DNA of 64,000 nucleotides from an uncultured Verrucomicrobiae bacterium (GTDB lineage Bacteria; Chlamydiota; Chlamydiia; Chlamydiales; Rhabdochlamydiaceae): NCBI GenBank assembly GCA_963806855.1, contig CAWDYW010000003.1, positions 719,100 to 783,099 of the forward strand, read 5' to 3'. Shown piece by piece: positions 39,601 to 48,678 of this stretch (position 1 is its first letter; each line of letters starts with the position of its first letter). The notes under the pieces were generated by a model. It saw only the letters and a program-made list of their open reading frames with translations, ran no database searches and was not told where the DNA came from. The position numbers and the translations under genes were made by a program.

Positions 39601-42600
39601 CTGTCACCCAAGCTGTCTTTCCATCGGTGTCTCGCCACAGCGATCCGGATTCCCTGAGGAAGTCTATTTCTTGTGAAGCAACCCCATTCCAGGGTGTGTA
39701 CAGAAGAAGATCTTCTCCTCGCTTCCAGTGGACTTCCTTGATTCGGTTGTGATCATCGCCGAGAATAAACAGTTCACCTTGTGGGGTACTGCAGCGGAAG
39801 TGGCCGGGGGCGCCCTCTATCCAGAGCAGCCCGTGTAGTGCCGCCAACGAGCGGATTGGAGCATCGGATAATACCTCATGCGGCAGCATGCGCGGGAGGC
39901 CCTGTCGCATCCAGACGTGCCCGCTGAGGAGATTCACTTCAACATCGCCGGTCGCATCGGTAAAGATGTGGGAAAGGTAAGCGTTGCGGGTGAAGGGCCG
40001 CTCGGTGAAGCCTGGTAAAACGCGGCCGATCGCTCGAGAGAGCATATGGGTATCTTCGTCTGGAAGGCCTTTATGGAGCAGACCGGCTAAGCTCTTCGGC
40101 AGATTCGAGAATCTCTCCTGCTGCTCGTTGCTCCACAAAGGATTGTTCGGGCGTAAGGGATGCATGTCGAACAGCATCAGCGACGTCAAGATATCTTCGA
40201 GTGCTTCTGGCCCCAAGGCTGTCGCTTCAGCATAGGACATCGCCAGATCTGCAGCATAGCGAGACCGCTGATCGGGCGTGAGGTCTTGCTTTAAGAGCCT
40301 TCTCCACTGCGCACGGGCGTCGAGGAATTCGATGCGAGGGAGATTTGGCTCTCTGGCTATGATGTCAGAGGCGATGCGAGCAACAAGATCATAGAGCTGG
40401 AGCACCCCGGCGGCGCTTTCAACCTCTCCCAGCGCGTCCTTAAGCCGATAGTGCTCATCGAACATCGTCGATAAGGTCGTCAGGGTCGCTTCGGCTGCCG
40501 CAGGGCTGCTGCAGAGGTGGTGTTCAAGTAGCCCTGGCTCAAGCAATAATTTTCCCATCAACTGGCTGGTATCAGGACGGTCGAGCAGCTCCCGGTTCTC
40601 GTTGAACAGGGCGAGTGTCTCGGCGATTTGGAGGCTCTTCACCGAGCTGCACCCCTCTAGGCGCCGGGCTAACTGGGCCGGAATGTCGAGCTTGGCGATC
40701 TCTTCGCGGTAGAGCGCTCGCTCAGTGGGTGGAGTCCGTTTACGTAATTTGCCCATAAGCTGGGAACCGATACTCTCTAGGTAGAGGGCATTTCGATTCT
40801 CGTTGACTTTTGGCAAACTCCCCATTTGAATGCGGCTCAAGCTACTTGGCATGCGGTCGATCTTCGCATCTTTGATATGAGGGGCTCGCCATGTGGTTTC
40901 ATATTCGAACACCAATCGAGGTGGGGTTAACCCATACTGATCCGCTGGAGCATCGACTACATGGAGGATGGGTCTTCCGTCATCCAAGGTGAGCAGATCG
41001 TCAGGTTGTTTGTGGATATTCTCATCTTCACTTCCTCTGGTCAAAATTCCTAAGTCCGCGCTCAGATCTTGAAGGGCAGAGAACCCTTTGGGAAGGAACC
41101 TATTGCTCTGATCAGTAAGAAGAAGGCAAGTCTTGCGTCGATCATTCATTACGGGTGCACCAGAGAACGCTTCCTTTACGCGATTGGGATTGCTCTTAAC
41201 CCATTGTTTGACCCACTCGAAGGCTCGCCAGGGAGTCGTGAGCTTGTCCCCGCGCACCTGATTATGCCACGGCTCCCAATCCCCCTCATCGTAGCTAGGT
41301 TCTGCGCCATAGACAATCCCCTGCCCCTGCAAATACATTCCGGGGGCAAAGCCCTCAGTAAAGAAGAATGAGGGTCCAGAAGGGTCTTCGTCCCTGCGGC
41401 GCTCAAGCCAATAGTTTTGCAGCTGAACAAACTGCCTCTGCCATGAGGAGCTGGTCAATTCAGAGTTTGGCATCTGATTGGTCAGAAATAGGCGAAGCGA
41501 TGGCTGCAGCAGATGGTCCAACATCACCCGATCTTCTACTGGAAGCTGCTGGACAAGAACATCGGCTAGGGTAAATACCTTAAGCATCGCCAGAGTGTCG
41601 ACGCTACTCATCGCCCCAGATCCAGACGCCACAATCGCCCGAGTGTAGAGCCAGTTTTCTTGAACTAAGATGTCGAGCAGCCGGCTCGCATCCGCAGGGC
41701 TCATCTCTGACCAGAATGGAATCGGCGCGGCCGGATCAGCCGGTAGCTCTAGTGGCAGCCGGTCAATCAGTTCTGTTAAAAGGACCTTGGAGTCAGCGAC
41801 AGCGTTATATTTATCAATGCCTGCAAAGACAGAATCGACATGCTCGGCAATCGTTGCGGGGGAGGGTGTATAACCGCGGATCGCCAGGATTAGCCGGTTA
41901 ACTGGCAGATCGTACCTCTTGGAACGCTCTCCCCATACGCCTGGAGGAGCGAGGGCATTAGTGACATATACGTCGATATCCCTTCCAAGCACCTTGGCGG
42001 GCACATTCAGGTCTACAGTTGGTCTAGTTACCATCTTCCCATCTGCTTTATCGGCCGCATCAATCGAGGCGCGCACATGATCGAAAAGCCCCTGAATATA
42101 CACCCGCTCCCCATCTGAGAACACCATAGTCGATGCGCCAATGACGTCATGGGCAACTTGCTGAAGCCCCATCCTGACAAGTTCTCTGCTCTCAGCATTT
42201 GGGATAAGTGGAACCATACCCTGCAGCGCCTTGACCCTCGTCAGCATCACGAACCGATCGAAGCGACCTGTATGACGGAGATGCTGGTGGTAGACCGCCT
42301 CCAGACTCGTCTGCGTACAGTGACCAACGGAAAGCGATCTTTGAGTGTTATCATCGGAGTAGGCCCGAGTGGAATGCCGCCCTTCCAACATCGGCATAAT
42401 CACATCATACAACTCTGTGGGACCCACCCTGTCTCCATATTCCCCCCGATCCAGCGCTGCCAGCATACCTAGAAACGTCGGAGTGGCAATCATCTCGGGA
42501 TCGACGTTCTCCCATTCGAGAAACGTCAAATAGGCAGGGGAACCGCTCTCTGTATGAGCATGTTTCTCGAGACCGTCGCCCTGGTTATATACCCTGACTG

Positions 42601-44425
42601 CATAAGTCTCACCCTCATGGATAAACTCTACAACGACGCTATGGCTGCCGGCGGGTGTCACCCACCCCGTGTGGAGGAAGAAACTGTCGCCCTTTTGCAT
42701 CCCATCCAATTGGGCCCGGACTCCCTGGTGAAAAGTGGGTAGATCGCCCCGCATTAGCCTGGTCATGTGGGCAGCTGTGCGCAGGGAGTCGCGCAGCTTC
42801 TGGAATGCCTTGAGCTCTAAGTCTTCGACGATGGGGGAGCGCAGGGGGTTCTTTTCCATCGTCTCGACCCACTGCTCCGCCAGCATCAGGTTATAATCGA
42901 GCATCCCACGGGCGCTATTTCCCTCAAAGCCAGTCCCTTTGCCTGAGAAGGGGAGCACAAGATGTTGAAACAGACGGTTATCGATCGGAAGGGCTGACTT
43001 AATCTCTAAAAAGCTCTTAAGCTGGACCAATTGCTCATCTAAATACTCCGAAGCGACAAAGCGCTCCTTTAACGCCTCGACCTCTCCTTCGGCTCGAGCT
43101 ATGTCAGCGACAACTGTGGGCAGCATGTCAAGATCAGTCAGAGACTTCTTGACATCAGGAACCTCTATCCTCGTGCTTAGACCTAATTTGTCCGCTTCCT
43201 CAACAAGCTTTTTCGCTTCGGAGCGCAACTTATCGGTTTTGATGGCCAAGACTTCCTTAGCTTCCTTGAGAATATACCCAGTTTGTTCAATCCACTTCCC
43301 TTGCTCCAATAACTCCGCGGTACCCCTGATCCCGCTCAAGGCCGCTAGTCCCAGAAAGCCGGCGCTAATCCAACGCTTGAGCGTTTCACTGGTCTCGGGA
43401 ACCGGGGCCAGGTTGCGCTGATGGAGAGCCAGGCGAGACTTTAGCCCTGACGATTGGGGAGGAGCGGCAAGGAACCTCTGACGCACATCTGCGGGAGGGT
43501 TTGCTTGTGGTAGGCCAGAAGTCTTAGAGATTTCTTCTTCAGCTTCCTCGAGACTGCGCCCGGGATACAAGAGAGTTTGCTCAATCGCTTTGACTTGTTT
43601 GTGGGCAAACTCGATCAATCCTGAAAGTCGATTTTTCTCTAAGATATTGGCGGTGTGTAGACTAGCTCTGCCGCGCTTCAGCTGGTCAGCAGCATCCTGA
43701 AGACACCCCTCTATCTGCTGCCAGTAGGCCTTGGCAAGGCGCATCCCTTCAATATCGTTGTCAAGCTTTGCTGCATCGAAGCGCATCCTGGCCTCTGTCA
43801 GTTCGGCTCCAAGCTGAGCACATAGCTGCTCATAAAAGTCGCTCGCGCTGTTTTCAATCATTTTAAGGTCGGTCTTCAGGAGCTTATCCATATCGTCGGC
43901 ATAGTGAGAAGGCTCCTTCAGGATAGCCGGAAGTGCACAAAGCCCCTCAAGCATAGCGGGAAAGTGGCCCACCTGGGGCAAGTCCCGGGAAGTTTCCATA
44001 AGACGGCGCTGCTGCTCCAAAGCCTCCCAACTGCCATCGATATTTTCGAATACCTCTCCATAGGCCCGCTGCAAGCCCATGAACACCGAAAGCTGTGCGA
44101 GACGGGTAGCCACTTTGCCAATTCGGGCATCTATATTTGGCTGACGTTTTAGAGTCTCATAGAGCTGGCGCTGCCCTTCGAGAACCTCTGTCGATTCCTC
44201 AAGGCTAACCCCTCCAAACCGGACCCGCGATGTCAGAGAGGCCACAGACTCGTCTAGAGCCGAAATGGCCAATTTTTGTAACTTAGAAATGTCGTCAAGA
44301 TTTGCCGATCGAATTTTCGTTTCAATTTCGGCATAAATATCCATAGCGGTAGCAAAATCGCATTTGGCCATCGCATCATGGAATTCCTCAATTCTAAAAT
44401 TAATATAATTGTCATTAATAGACAT
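33686..44425 (-). CDS. giant 3579-aa DUF3638-type protein (SF2 ATPase-like) with a putative cysteine protease domain
   Basis: Uninterrupted 10.7-kb ORF; MGFGKT (about aa 2468), DEVD (about aa 2600), SGT, CTGVD, QAVWRLR; H595/N614/C703 cluster. Confidence 0.85.
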   Translation of the reverse strand: MSINDNYINFRIEEFHDAMAKCDFATAMDIYAEIETKIRSANLDDISKLQKLAISALDESVASLTSRVRFGGVSLEESTEVLEGQRQLYETLKRQPNIDARIGKVATRLAQLSVFMGLQRAYGEVFENIDGSWEALEQQRRLMETSRDLPQVGHFPAMLEGLCALPAILKEPSHYADDMDKLLKTDLKMIENSASDFYEQLCAQLGAELTEARMRFDAAKLDNDIEGMRLAKAYWQQIEGCLQDAADQLKRGRASLHTANILEKNRLSGLIEFAHKQVKAIEQTLLYPGRSLEEAEEEISKTSGLPQANPPADVRQRFLAAPPQSSGLKSRLALHQRNLAPVPETSETLKRWISAGFLGLAALSGIRGTAELLEQGKWIEQTGYILKEAKEVLAIKTDKLRSEAKKLVEEADKLGLSTRIEVPDVKKSLTDLDMLPTVVADIARAEGEVEALKERFVASEYLDEQLVQLKSFLEIKSALPIDNRLFQHLVLPFSGKGTGFEGNSARGMLDYNLMLAEQWVETMEKNPLRSPIVEDLELKAFQKLRDSLRTAAHMTRLMRGDLPTFHQGVRAQLDGMQKGDSFFLHTGWVTPAGSHSVVVEFIHEGETYAVRVYNQGDGLEKHAHTESGSPAYLTFLEWENVDPEMIATPTFLGMLAALDRGEYGDRVGPTELYDVIMPMLEGRHSTRAYSDDNTQRSLSVGHCTQTSLEAVYHQHLRHTGRFDRFVMLTRVKALQGMVPLIPNAESRELVRMGLQQVAHDVIGASTMVFSDGERVYIQGLFDHVRASIDAADKADGKMVTRPTVDLNVPAKVLGRDIDVYVTNALAPPGVWGERSKRYDLPVNRLILAIRGYTPSPATIAEHVDSVFAGIDKYNAVADSKVLLTELIDRLPLELPADPAAPIPFWSEMSPADASRLLDILVQENWLYTRAIVASGSGAMSSVDTLAMLKVFTLADVLVQQLPVEDRVMLDHLLQPSLRLFLTNQMPNSELTSSSWQRQFVQLQNYWLERRRDEDPSGPSFFFTEGFAPGMYLQGQGIVYGAEPSYDEGDWEPWHNQVRGDKLTTPWRAFEWVKQWVKSNPNRVKEAFSGAPVMNDRRKTCLLLTDQSNRFLPKGFSALQDLSADLGILTRGSEDENIHKQPDDLLTLDDGRPILHVVDAPADQYGLTPPRLVFEYETTWRAPHIKDAKIDRMPSSLSRIQMGSLPKVNENRNALYLESIGSQLMGKLRKRTPPTERALYREEIAKLDIPAQLARRLEGCSSVKSLQIAETLALFNENRELLDRPDTSQLMGKLLLEPGLLEHHLCSSPAAAEATLTTLSTMFDEHYRLKDALGEVESAAGVLQLYDLVARIASDIIAREPNLPRIEFLDARAQWRRLLKQDLTPDQRSRYAADLAMSYAEATALGPEALEDILTSLMLFDMHPLRPNNPLWSNEQQERFSNLPKSLAGLLHKGLPDEDTHMLSRAIGRVLPGFTERPFTRNAYLSHIFTDATGDVEVNLLSGHVWMRQGLPRMLPHEVLSDAPIRSLAALHGLLWIEGAPGHFRCSTPQGELFILGDDHNRIKEVHWKRGEDLLLYTPWNGVASQEIDFLRESGSLWRDTDGKTAWVTAKENLTPLYRLDFWGNRIQAVHELDESGADTGRVLGRTPTAFALLDATDDKDEDITSKYIRTWVNGKSGLIENITMLRLGLEFNVHTVNGERRAYCPRFPGWYVPVGRNHVEALGKVKNSMLLYKDRQGGTVEKQVIIPGQLLQTGYWPLIPHLTPDASGDLTARTPVYRYGIDEENGKLLPLTAAAGALHLASYTLHQRDYSRAIELMHGPGIGIGKLDREQRNLIITLTKMPVTTKNHSPPSLAATMEAHYLLIRDAWHFGTRTQVGDIDIANPWERKWSQVQFAKDFQAYLKVADQMGIYALSPDKMSLLAAYADQLKEPVNFNQNNKDEALYYGELESAANKIGKVLSARAKDAHHSGGGWYRTTWVRPEDEYSGLEYNFHDVEEFSRDYLKKHEYIVQCKRRMDLADVEIEGETVLDLPLQQKEDKFLEWVYIDADFFNLYLKVRYPTPERLRELVVYLTGTEPLHDARAEAITALRAHRLSTNNVHQRVLWTLILSVLLEPNKWPASGREYIGKTMYPWELELSYQSPKDEGEGEEQKIDRAKVPQPLLAKQSQPTRFADAGFQLCTRLKPDVMELRQPMITNFEGAIEMRPMKQADRASRDLGLKRLEAIFDVTTQDPYLKGALGSAAEEVQAFRTTLEDDTLYAVKDGAEQTLETWSEELKNIAEHLQYDLEQAQHWVVELANQEPKDPLLRARLRQELEGKTLAPIDFNEVTTFLLTRDMEELHRRLPQLSPDEVHRLYDMTVEALKIGRLQRMAAFQKLLVDTLHAAVKRGEPAVEISRIGKILEAAHQYHPSYASDEIPEYLVYDYFMSKGDPAFRLREDQVAVLEKLPETQFHAHTDHLTGVLLEAIMGFGKTAVVSVLQAIQAADGEKVVAVSMPEVLLPSMSATLERLLGTGFGRAVEVVSFGRDSDVSAPALRHLLERLELIRTERRVMLISSGSVLSIALRFAEMCLSGNHITDEQLELMGKVVDTLRTSGAANLDEVDLLLDVLRAHLFTLGDKERMHKDLETASLSLFGLIATDPSLRELIRWPFIENGSTIPFSEENYEQHAKQKLIDAVVTGKVSPEDRPMQSFLAGLDETGRAHVRSYLNAKPPRPEALITLFSRLKPAERKALAAYIVDGQGPEPSLSAQEKDAVEDYRRGRTDPSYAFVEKIDNPHIKNLLATYKEQISSLFPLVLNKILGENFGAMPSKWRAEQPDMDFVAIPYHGSDNPAKKALHGTVTEILDYTIVMHLAQPISHEIIDKETAALKEALDKEKEGFVGSIDDLKSYQTFYHLNGNDHSYKLKATLAPADREKMAKHINEHPELKLELIQRHALPQVKRYAKQLGLSAQMVAYLFKTVKAYSGTVWNRETFPQMFHKFIPSDTQPRTLALLWENSPHTIRTLPEAPKGAAIGERITGLYEGFQGSFADLAGVFRDDSNYEVAKAIISQPQFEATRYKAIMFHNEEGREMVLRRHTETPVPLSMAGMDRDDVAGYWAQKYCTGVDWKLHPLEEAIVSVGRQTLMRDGLQAVWRLRGLAAGQKVRFVVSEEDKRVIAATLKRVFDIDVGDELKLEHFFVYAVTLEKERLRTDIPRALSESLRAHLIDKVFGAISGAKGPELRTLFQATAKLFVVEEPSSPWEQMGKTATEAPAEIVVRENIKQLIDSEPFQAFSTHPLLTAKYSVETLKGELYAIADTFYDKMPPTLQTPIGSRNNREVQLETETQKMTETNRKQEQQQQKEIQTEIQSPLYTERRPILELPQDRLLEAKTWQPVAIDTVTGETSPQNQMLRLSEIASPLFDSELLIDLNLAPMYERTSDKQAPYSPWNAYQDYASNVVVIDDGRAVRLALVSQDTAEQLQDHLPKQASGDVKVALVNLGSGVVTQGPQPVDLAALQHDEKYVRLTVQAKFFDGRVHYSKDELPRLEKWIRQHGFEPMQQLFERKILSNKGYSQQQYEVSSLRKLFARLEAEEQNKEF

Positions 44426-44493
44426 TGCTTAATTATACAATAATTTTGAATTTTTGTAAATTAGTTATTTACAAAATGTAAATTACTGAATAA

Positions 44494-45126
44494 TTACACA
44501 AGTAGTTCGGGATTAATAAGATAGGCAATTAATGCGATCGTAAACCCAATGGCAAAAGCAATCGCAATAGTGAGAACCAGAGCGATCAGCATGGAGCCCC
44601 AAAGCTTCCGTTTGGCGATCTTTTGCAAGCCTGATTCCTTCAAGTGGATCTCTTGCTGTGATTTGACAAATTGACTGAGGATCAAGGCAGGGAGCGTAAT
44701 GGACATGAAAGCGGGGATATGATCGATCAGTTTCGTAGGAAGATAGAAGGGAGCTAGCATGACGGGCACAACAAGGCAGAGGGCGACTAAACACTCTTTC
44801 CAGCGGTTGTGATTGTCAACGGTTTTATAGTGCTCATGCATCAGATAGACCATTCCAACAAGACCCTGGGCTAAGGCGCCAATTGTTAGAAACGGCTTAC
44901 TCCATTGATCAGCAAATACGCTTAAAAAGGCCATAAAAATGAAAAACACGATCGTGCTGATTAACCCGGTGCGGAGCGCTTTTTTTGCCAGTTGCGGATA
45001 GCCCATCGCCTTGTAATTCAGGCTGATCAGGTAAAATCCGCCCAGATAGCCCCCTAAGAGGGAAAACCAGATGGTCTGTTTGAATGTCACGATATTTAGA
45101 GGTTTTTCTGCTATTACTGTTTCCAT
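44494..45126 (-). CDS. hypothetical membrane protein
   Basis: About 6 TM segments, LGG..G.YLI..NYK motif. Confidence 0.75.
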   Translation of the reverse strand: METVIAEKPLNIVTFKQTIWFSLLGGYLGGFYLISLNYKAMGYPQLAKKALRTGLISTIVFFIFMAFLSVFADQWSKPFLTIGALAQGLVGMVYLMHEHYKTVDNHNRWKECLVALCLVVPVMLAPFYLPTKLIDHIPAFMSITLPALILSQFVKSQQEIHLKESGLQKIAKRKLWGSMLIALVLTIAIAFAIGFTIALIAYLINPELLV

Positions 45127-45133
45127 ATTATCC

Positions 45134-46210
45134 TTATCCTATAAGTAAACCTGATTCGGTCGAGGAGCGATTGAGCCCCGGATTGATGTTAAGTTGTCTG
45201 CCCATGCGCTCGCCGAGAGCAGCCGACTGGGCGCAATGGGTGCCGCTTCGTCTTGTCGTAGTTAAATGGGGGTAGGCCATCGCTTTGGCCTCGACGAGTT
45301 TTTGCTGGATCACGATCAGGCCATTTTTCACTTCTCGGTTATACTCCCGTTTGAAGGCCTCGATCTTATTGCAGTACCCCTTCGCGAGCCCGAGGAAGAA
45401 CGAGTTTTTGGCGATCGCCCCTTTGAGATTGGCTTGGCCTTTGGCTTGAACCCATAGATTTTCGAGCTCCCGATCGAGGACAATGGCCACATACTCGGCG
45501 ATCTCCACATTGACCAGATCGCCGAGGATCTCGAGATAGATGGCATCTGTTGCTCGATGGAAGACGATGCTGACGAAAAAGGTCTCGAGAATTTTGCCGA
45601 TCGCCCGCATTTTGCTGCTTTCCCGTTTCTGCTTTAGAATACGCTTGAGACAGACTTTTTCATCGACAGAATGGAAGTCGAGATTGTGCTTGAGGAGCAG
45701 GGCTTGAGACTTGATCATCGCTTGCTCAGCCTCGTGCTCGTTGCTGCTCGTCGCCAGGGCCATCAGCTTTTGCACCCTACGCAAAATGGGGCTCTCTTCG
45801 GCCTCGGCAACCTGCTGCCCATCCTCGAGGCAGGTGGTCGCCCGATAGACCTCTTCGCCCCATCCAAATCGCTGGCAGAGGGCTCGGAATTCGGCGCCAT
45901 GGGGCTGAATCGCCTCGCCGTGGATGATGAAGGCGAGGTAGTGGCCCAGTTCATGGCGGATCACATCGCCAAGTTGCTGTTTATGCATTAAACATTCATG
46001 GAAGCCGAGCTCGTAGAAATGAGGGTCGAAGTACCCGAGCATCTTTTTGTTGTTGTAGATGACGATATTGATCGGATAGGAGGCCCGCTGTTTCCAGTCG
46101 AGAAAGCGGTCTCGACCCACTTTTAAGCCGACCTCTTTGGATAAGACAGTTTTAATGGTCAGTTTGATCTTTTGAGTGAATTCAATAATTTTTTTTGAGT
46201 AGAGGATCAT
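45134..46210 (-). CDS. SprT-like HExxH + DUF2786 protein
   Basis: RHELGHY, PHGAEF; KLMALATSSNEHEAEQAMIKS. Confidence 0.85.
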   Translation of the reverse strand: MILYSKKIIEFTQKIKLTIKTVLSKEVGLKVGRDRFLDWKQRASYPINIVIYNNKKMLGYFDPHFYELGFHECLMHKQQLGDVIRHELGHYLAFIIHGEAIQPHGAEFRALCQRFGWGEEVYRATTCLEDGQQVAEAEESPILRRVQKLMALATSSNEHEAEQAMIKSQALLLKHNLDFHSVDEKVCLKRILKQKRESSKMRAIGKILETFFVSIVFHRATDAIYLEILGDLVNVEIAEYVAIVLDRELENLWVQAKGQANLKGAIAKNSFFLGLAKGYCNKIEAFKREYNREVKNGLIVIQQKLVEAKAMAYPHLTTTRRSGTHCAQSAALGERMGRQLNINPGLNRSSTESGLLIG

Positions 46211-46297
46211 TTGGGAGAATTCTATCAATTTTTCGGCCGATTGACAAGTATATCGAAAATTCTTAGGATCTCAAATTGGATAAACGAGGAGTGTCCT

Positions 46298-46633
46298 ATG
46301 AAAAAAAATCTTTTTTTGATCCCCACGCTATGTGTTTTGTGCTGTGCTTGTCAGCAAGCAACTCCGCCTAGTGAACCGGAACAGCAAAACAAATCGGAAG
46401 AATCGTTAGAGGATTGGGAACTCACAGCGAATGTGAAAACAGCGATTATCACCGATAAGTCGCTCTCCGCCTCTGCACGATTAGTTTCTGTAAATTCCAA
46501 TAAAGGGATAGTAACTATAAGCGGAACTGTTCCTACCAAAGAGGATATGGACAGAATCTCTATGATTGTCAAAAAAATCCCCGGCGTTAAAAAAGTTATC
46601 AATCAGATTACTGTTTCATCTGATCAGCAATAA
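46298..46633 (+). CDS. BON domain lipoprotein
   Basis: GAGGAG RBS, lipoprotein-like signal (LCCAC), DWELTANVK..GIVTISGTV..PGVKKVINQI. Confidence 0.88.
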   Translation: MKKNLFLIPTLCVLCCACQQATPPSEPEQQNKSEESLEDWELTANVKTAIITDKSLSASARLVSVNSNKGIVTISGTVPTKEDMDRISMIVKKIPGVKKVINQITVSSDQQ

Positions 46634-46644
46634 TTCTTAAAAAT

Positions 46645-46668
46645 CTCGCCCACCTTAATGTGGGCGAG
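46645..46668. terminator. hairpin after the BON gene
   Basis: CTCGCCCAC-CTTAAT-GTGGGCGAG. Confidence 0.5.
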
Positions 46669-46707
46669 CATGTTGCTTTGCCGAAGCAGAAATGCTATCT
46701 TATATAA

Positions 46708-47934
46708 ATGACCGCTCAACAGATCAGTGCTAAACGGCAGCTCATCACCATTCTTCTCATCGTCTTTTGCGGATTTTTGGGCATCTCCATGCCCTATTTG
46801 CTTTTTCCAGCCCTTTTTATCAACCCCGAGTTCTCCATTCTGCCGATTGATTGGAGCTCCTCTACCCGTGCTCTTCTCTTAGGCCTCACTTTGGCAGTCT
46901 ATCCCCTGGGACAATTCCTCGGCTCGCCCATTCTCGGGGCCCTCTCCGATGATTATGGACGCAAACCGCTCCTTTCGGGAAGCCTAATTATCGCCGCCTT
47001 TTGCAACCTCGTCACAGGGTTGGCGCTCGCCTCTGCAAATCTCACCCTGATCATCCTCAGTCGCTTTGCAGCGGGGATGATGGAGGGCAATGTGGCGATC
47101 GCGCGGGCCATGGCTGCCGACATCAAGTCGATGTCCAAGCACGATACTTTTGGCAAAATTAATGCTGCCATTTCGATCGCCTTCCTCATTGGCCCACTGA
47201 TCGGAGGTGTTTTGGCCGATGATCAAATTTTCTCGGGGGCGACGATTTCCACACCATTTTATGTGATCAGCGTCCTTTTTTTGACCTTGTCTGTCCTAGC
47301 GCTGACCATCCTGAAGGCCCATCCGGTACTTGCAAGTGCCAAAAAAGGGCTCGGCTCCTACTTCAATCTCTTCAAGAGAATGAACTTGCTATTCCAAAAC
47401 AAACAGCTTCGATTCTTGATGATCGTCTCCACCTTTTTCACCTTAGCGATCGATATCTTCTACGAGTTTGGCCCCGTCTATCTGACCGCCAAGTGGACCC
47501 TGCGGCCTGTCGACCTCATCATCTACAACAGCATCCTCTGCGCCACCCTCGCGATCGGAAACGGATGGCTCGCCTCCTTCTTTTCCAAGCGCTACACCAC
47601 CCCTCCGGGCGTCACTGGGGCGATCGGCGGGTTCTCCCTCTTTTTACTCAGCACCCTATTCACCAACCAGCCGTGGCTGATGCTCGTGCTCATTGGCGTT
47701 TGCGGTCTTTTCATTGGCCTTGGCGTCACACTGCTCACCGTTCGGATCTCCGATTCGGTCCCCGATACGACCCAAGGAGAGGTGCTCGGAGTGCAACTAT
47801 CGCTTCGAGTGCTAGGGGATGCGGTGATCTGTATTCTGGGCGGGGTCTTGCTTCTTCTCTCATCAAAACTTATATTGGCGCTGGCGGCTGTCATTTCAGC
47901 GGTCACGATGGTCTACTATATTAGGAAGAGATAG
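46708..47934 (+). CDS. MFS transporter (DHA1/TetA-like)
   Basis: GALSDDYGRKP motif A, about 12 TM segments. Confidence 0.92.
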   Translation: MTAQQISAKRQLITILLIVFCGFLGISMPYLLFPALFINPEFSILPIDWSSSTRALLLGLTLAVYPLGQFLGSPILGALSDDYGRKPLLSGSLIIAAFCNLVTGLALASANLTLIILSRFAAGMMEGNVAIARAMAADIKSMSKHDTFGKINAAISIAFLIGPLIGGVLADDQIFSGATISTPFYVISVLFLTLSVLALTILKAHPVLASAKKGLGSYFNLFKRMNLLFQNKQLRFLMIVSTFFTLAIDIFYEFGPVYLTAKWTLRPVDLIIYNSILCATLAIGNGWLASFFSKRYTTPPGVTGAIGGFSLFLLSTLFTNQPWLMLVLIGVCGLFIGLGVTLLTVRISDSVPDTTQGEVLGVQLSLRVLGDAVICILGGVLLLLSSKLILALAAVISAVTMVYYIRKR

Positions 47935-47935
47935 C

Positions 47936-48646
47936 ATGGAAACAGAGATGTATTTTTTTCTTGCAGATATCAGCGGGTATACAGCCTATATGCTCAAGAA
48001 CCAGATGGACTATGCCCATGGGACACTCATCATCAATGAGCTGATGCATACACTCGTAAAACAGGTAGAGCTGCCGATTGAGATCTCGAAATTAGAAGGC
48101 GACGCCTTATTCCTTTATCTTCCTGCCGCCAAAGCGACCAAAAACATCAGCGAGAAGATTTTGGAATTTTTCGGAGCTTTTTCCACCAAGCTTCAGCAGC
48201 TGCAGAGCTCGACAGCGTGCGATTGCGGCGGCTGCTCCAACATCAATCAGCTCAACCTAAAAATGATCGCCCACTATGGGAAAGCCGCGATCAACAAAAT
48301 CGGCTCATTCCAAGAGCTCGCGGGCGTCGACGTGATCCTGGCCCACCGCCTCTTAAAAAACCAACTCAAGGAAAAGCGCTATTTGCTCCTGACCCAGGCT
48401 GCCTATGAGAAGCTCACACTGCCTCCTGGCGCCAATGTGACTAAAGGTGAAGAAACCGATAAAGATCTCGGCATCATCCCCATCTATGTCTACTACCCTC
48501 CTCAAGACGTTCCGACCCCCAAGGCACCTGAGTTGACCGGCTGGCAAAAGTTCCGCTCCCACTGCAAACTTGGCCTCGGCCGATTCCTCTTGGATAAGGG
48601 CTTGAAGAAAACGGGTCCCTTCCATAATCTTCCACCAAAGACTTGA
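47936..48646 (+). CDS. DUF2652 family protein (class III cyclase-like fold)
   Basis: FLADISGYT, KLEGDA, CDCGGC, LKMIAHYG, GVDVILAHRLLKN. Confidence 0.8.
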   Translation: METEMYFFLADISGYTAYMLKNQMDYAHGTLIINELMHTLVKQVELPIEISKLEGDALFLYLPAAKATKNISEKILEFFGAFSTKLQQLQSSTACDCGGCSNINQLNLKMIAHYGKAAINKIGSFQELAGVDVILAHRLLKNQLKEKRYLLLTQAAYEKLTLPPGANVTKGEETDKDLGIIPIYVYYPPQDVPTPKAPELTGWQKFRSHCKLGLGRFLLDKGLKKTGPFHNLPPKT

Positions 48647-48678
48647 ATTTAAATAAATTGTTCTAGTAAAATAGATGT

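Noticed and set aside
33803..44152. Numerous short ORFs inside the giant gene, ispG, recQ and the autotransporter
   Set aside because: Alternate-frame shadows of GC-rich or Gly-repeat coding sequence
33686..44425. Giant gene as a high-GC foreign island
   Set aside because: By eye its GC resembles ispG and recQ here; the AT-rich genes are the outliers (not computed)
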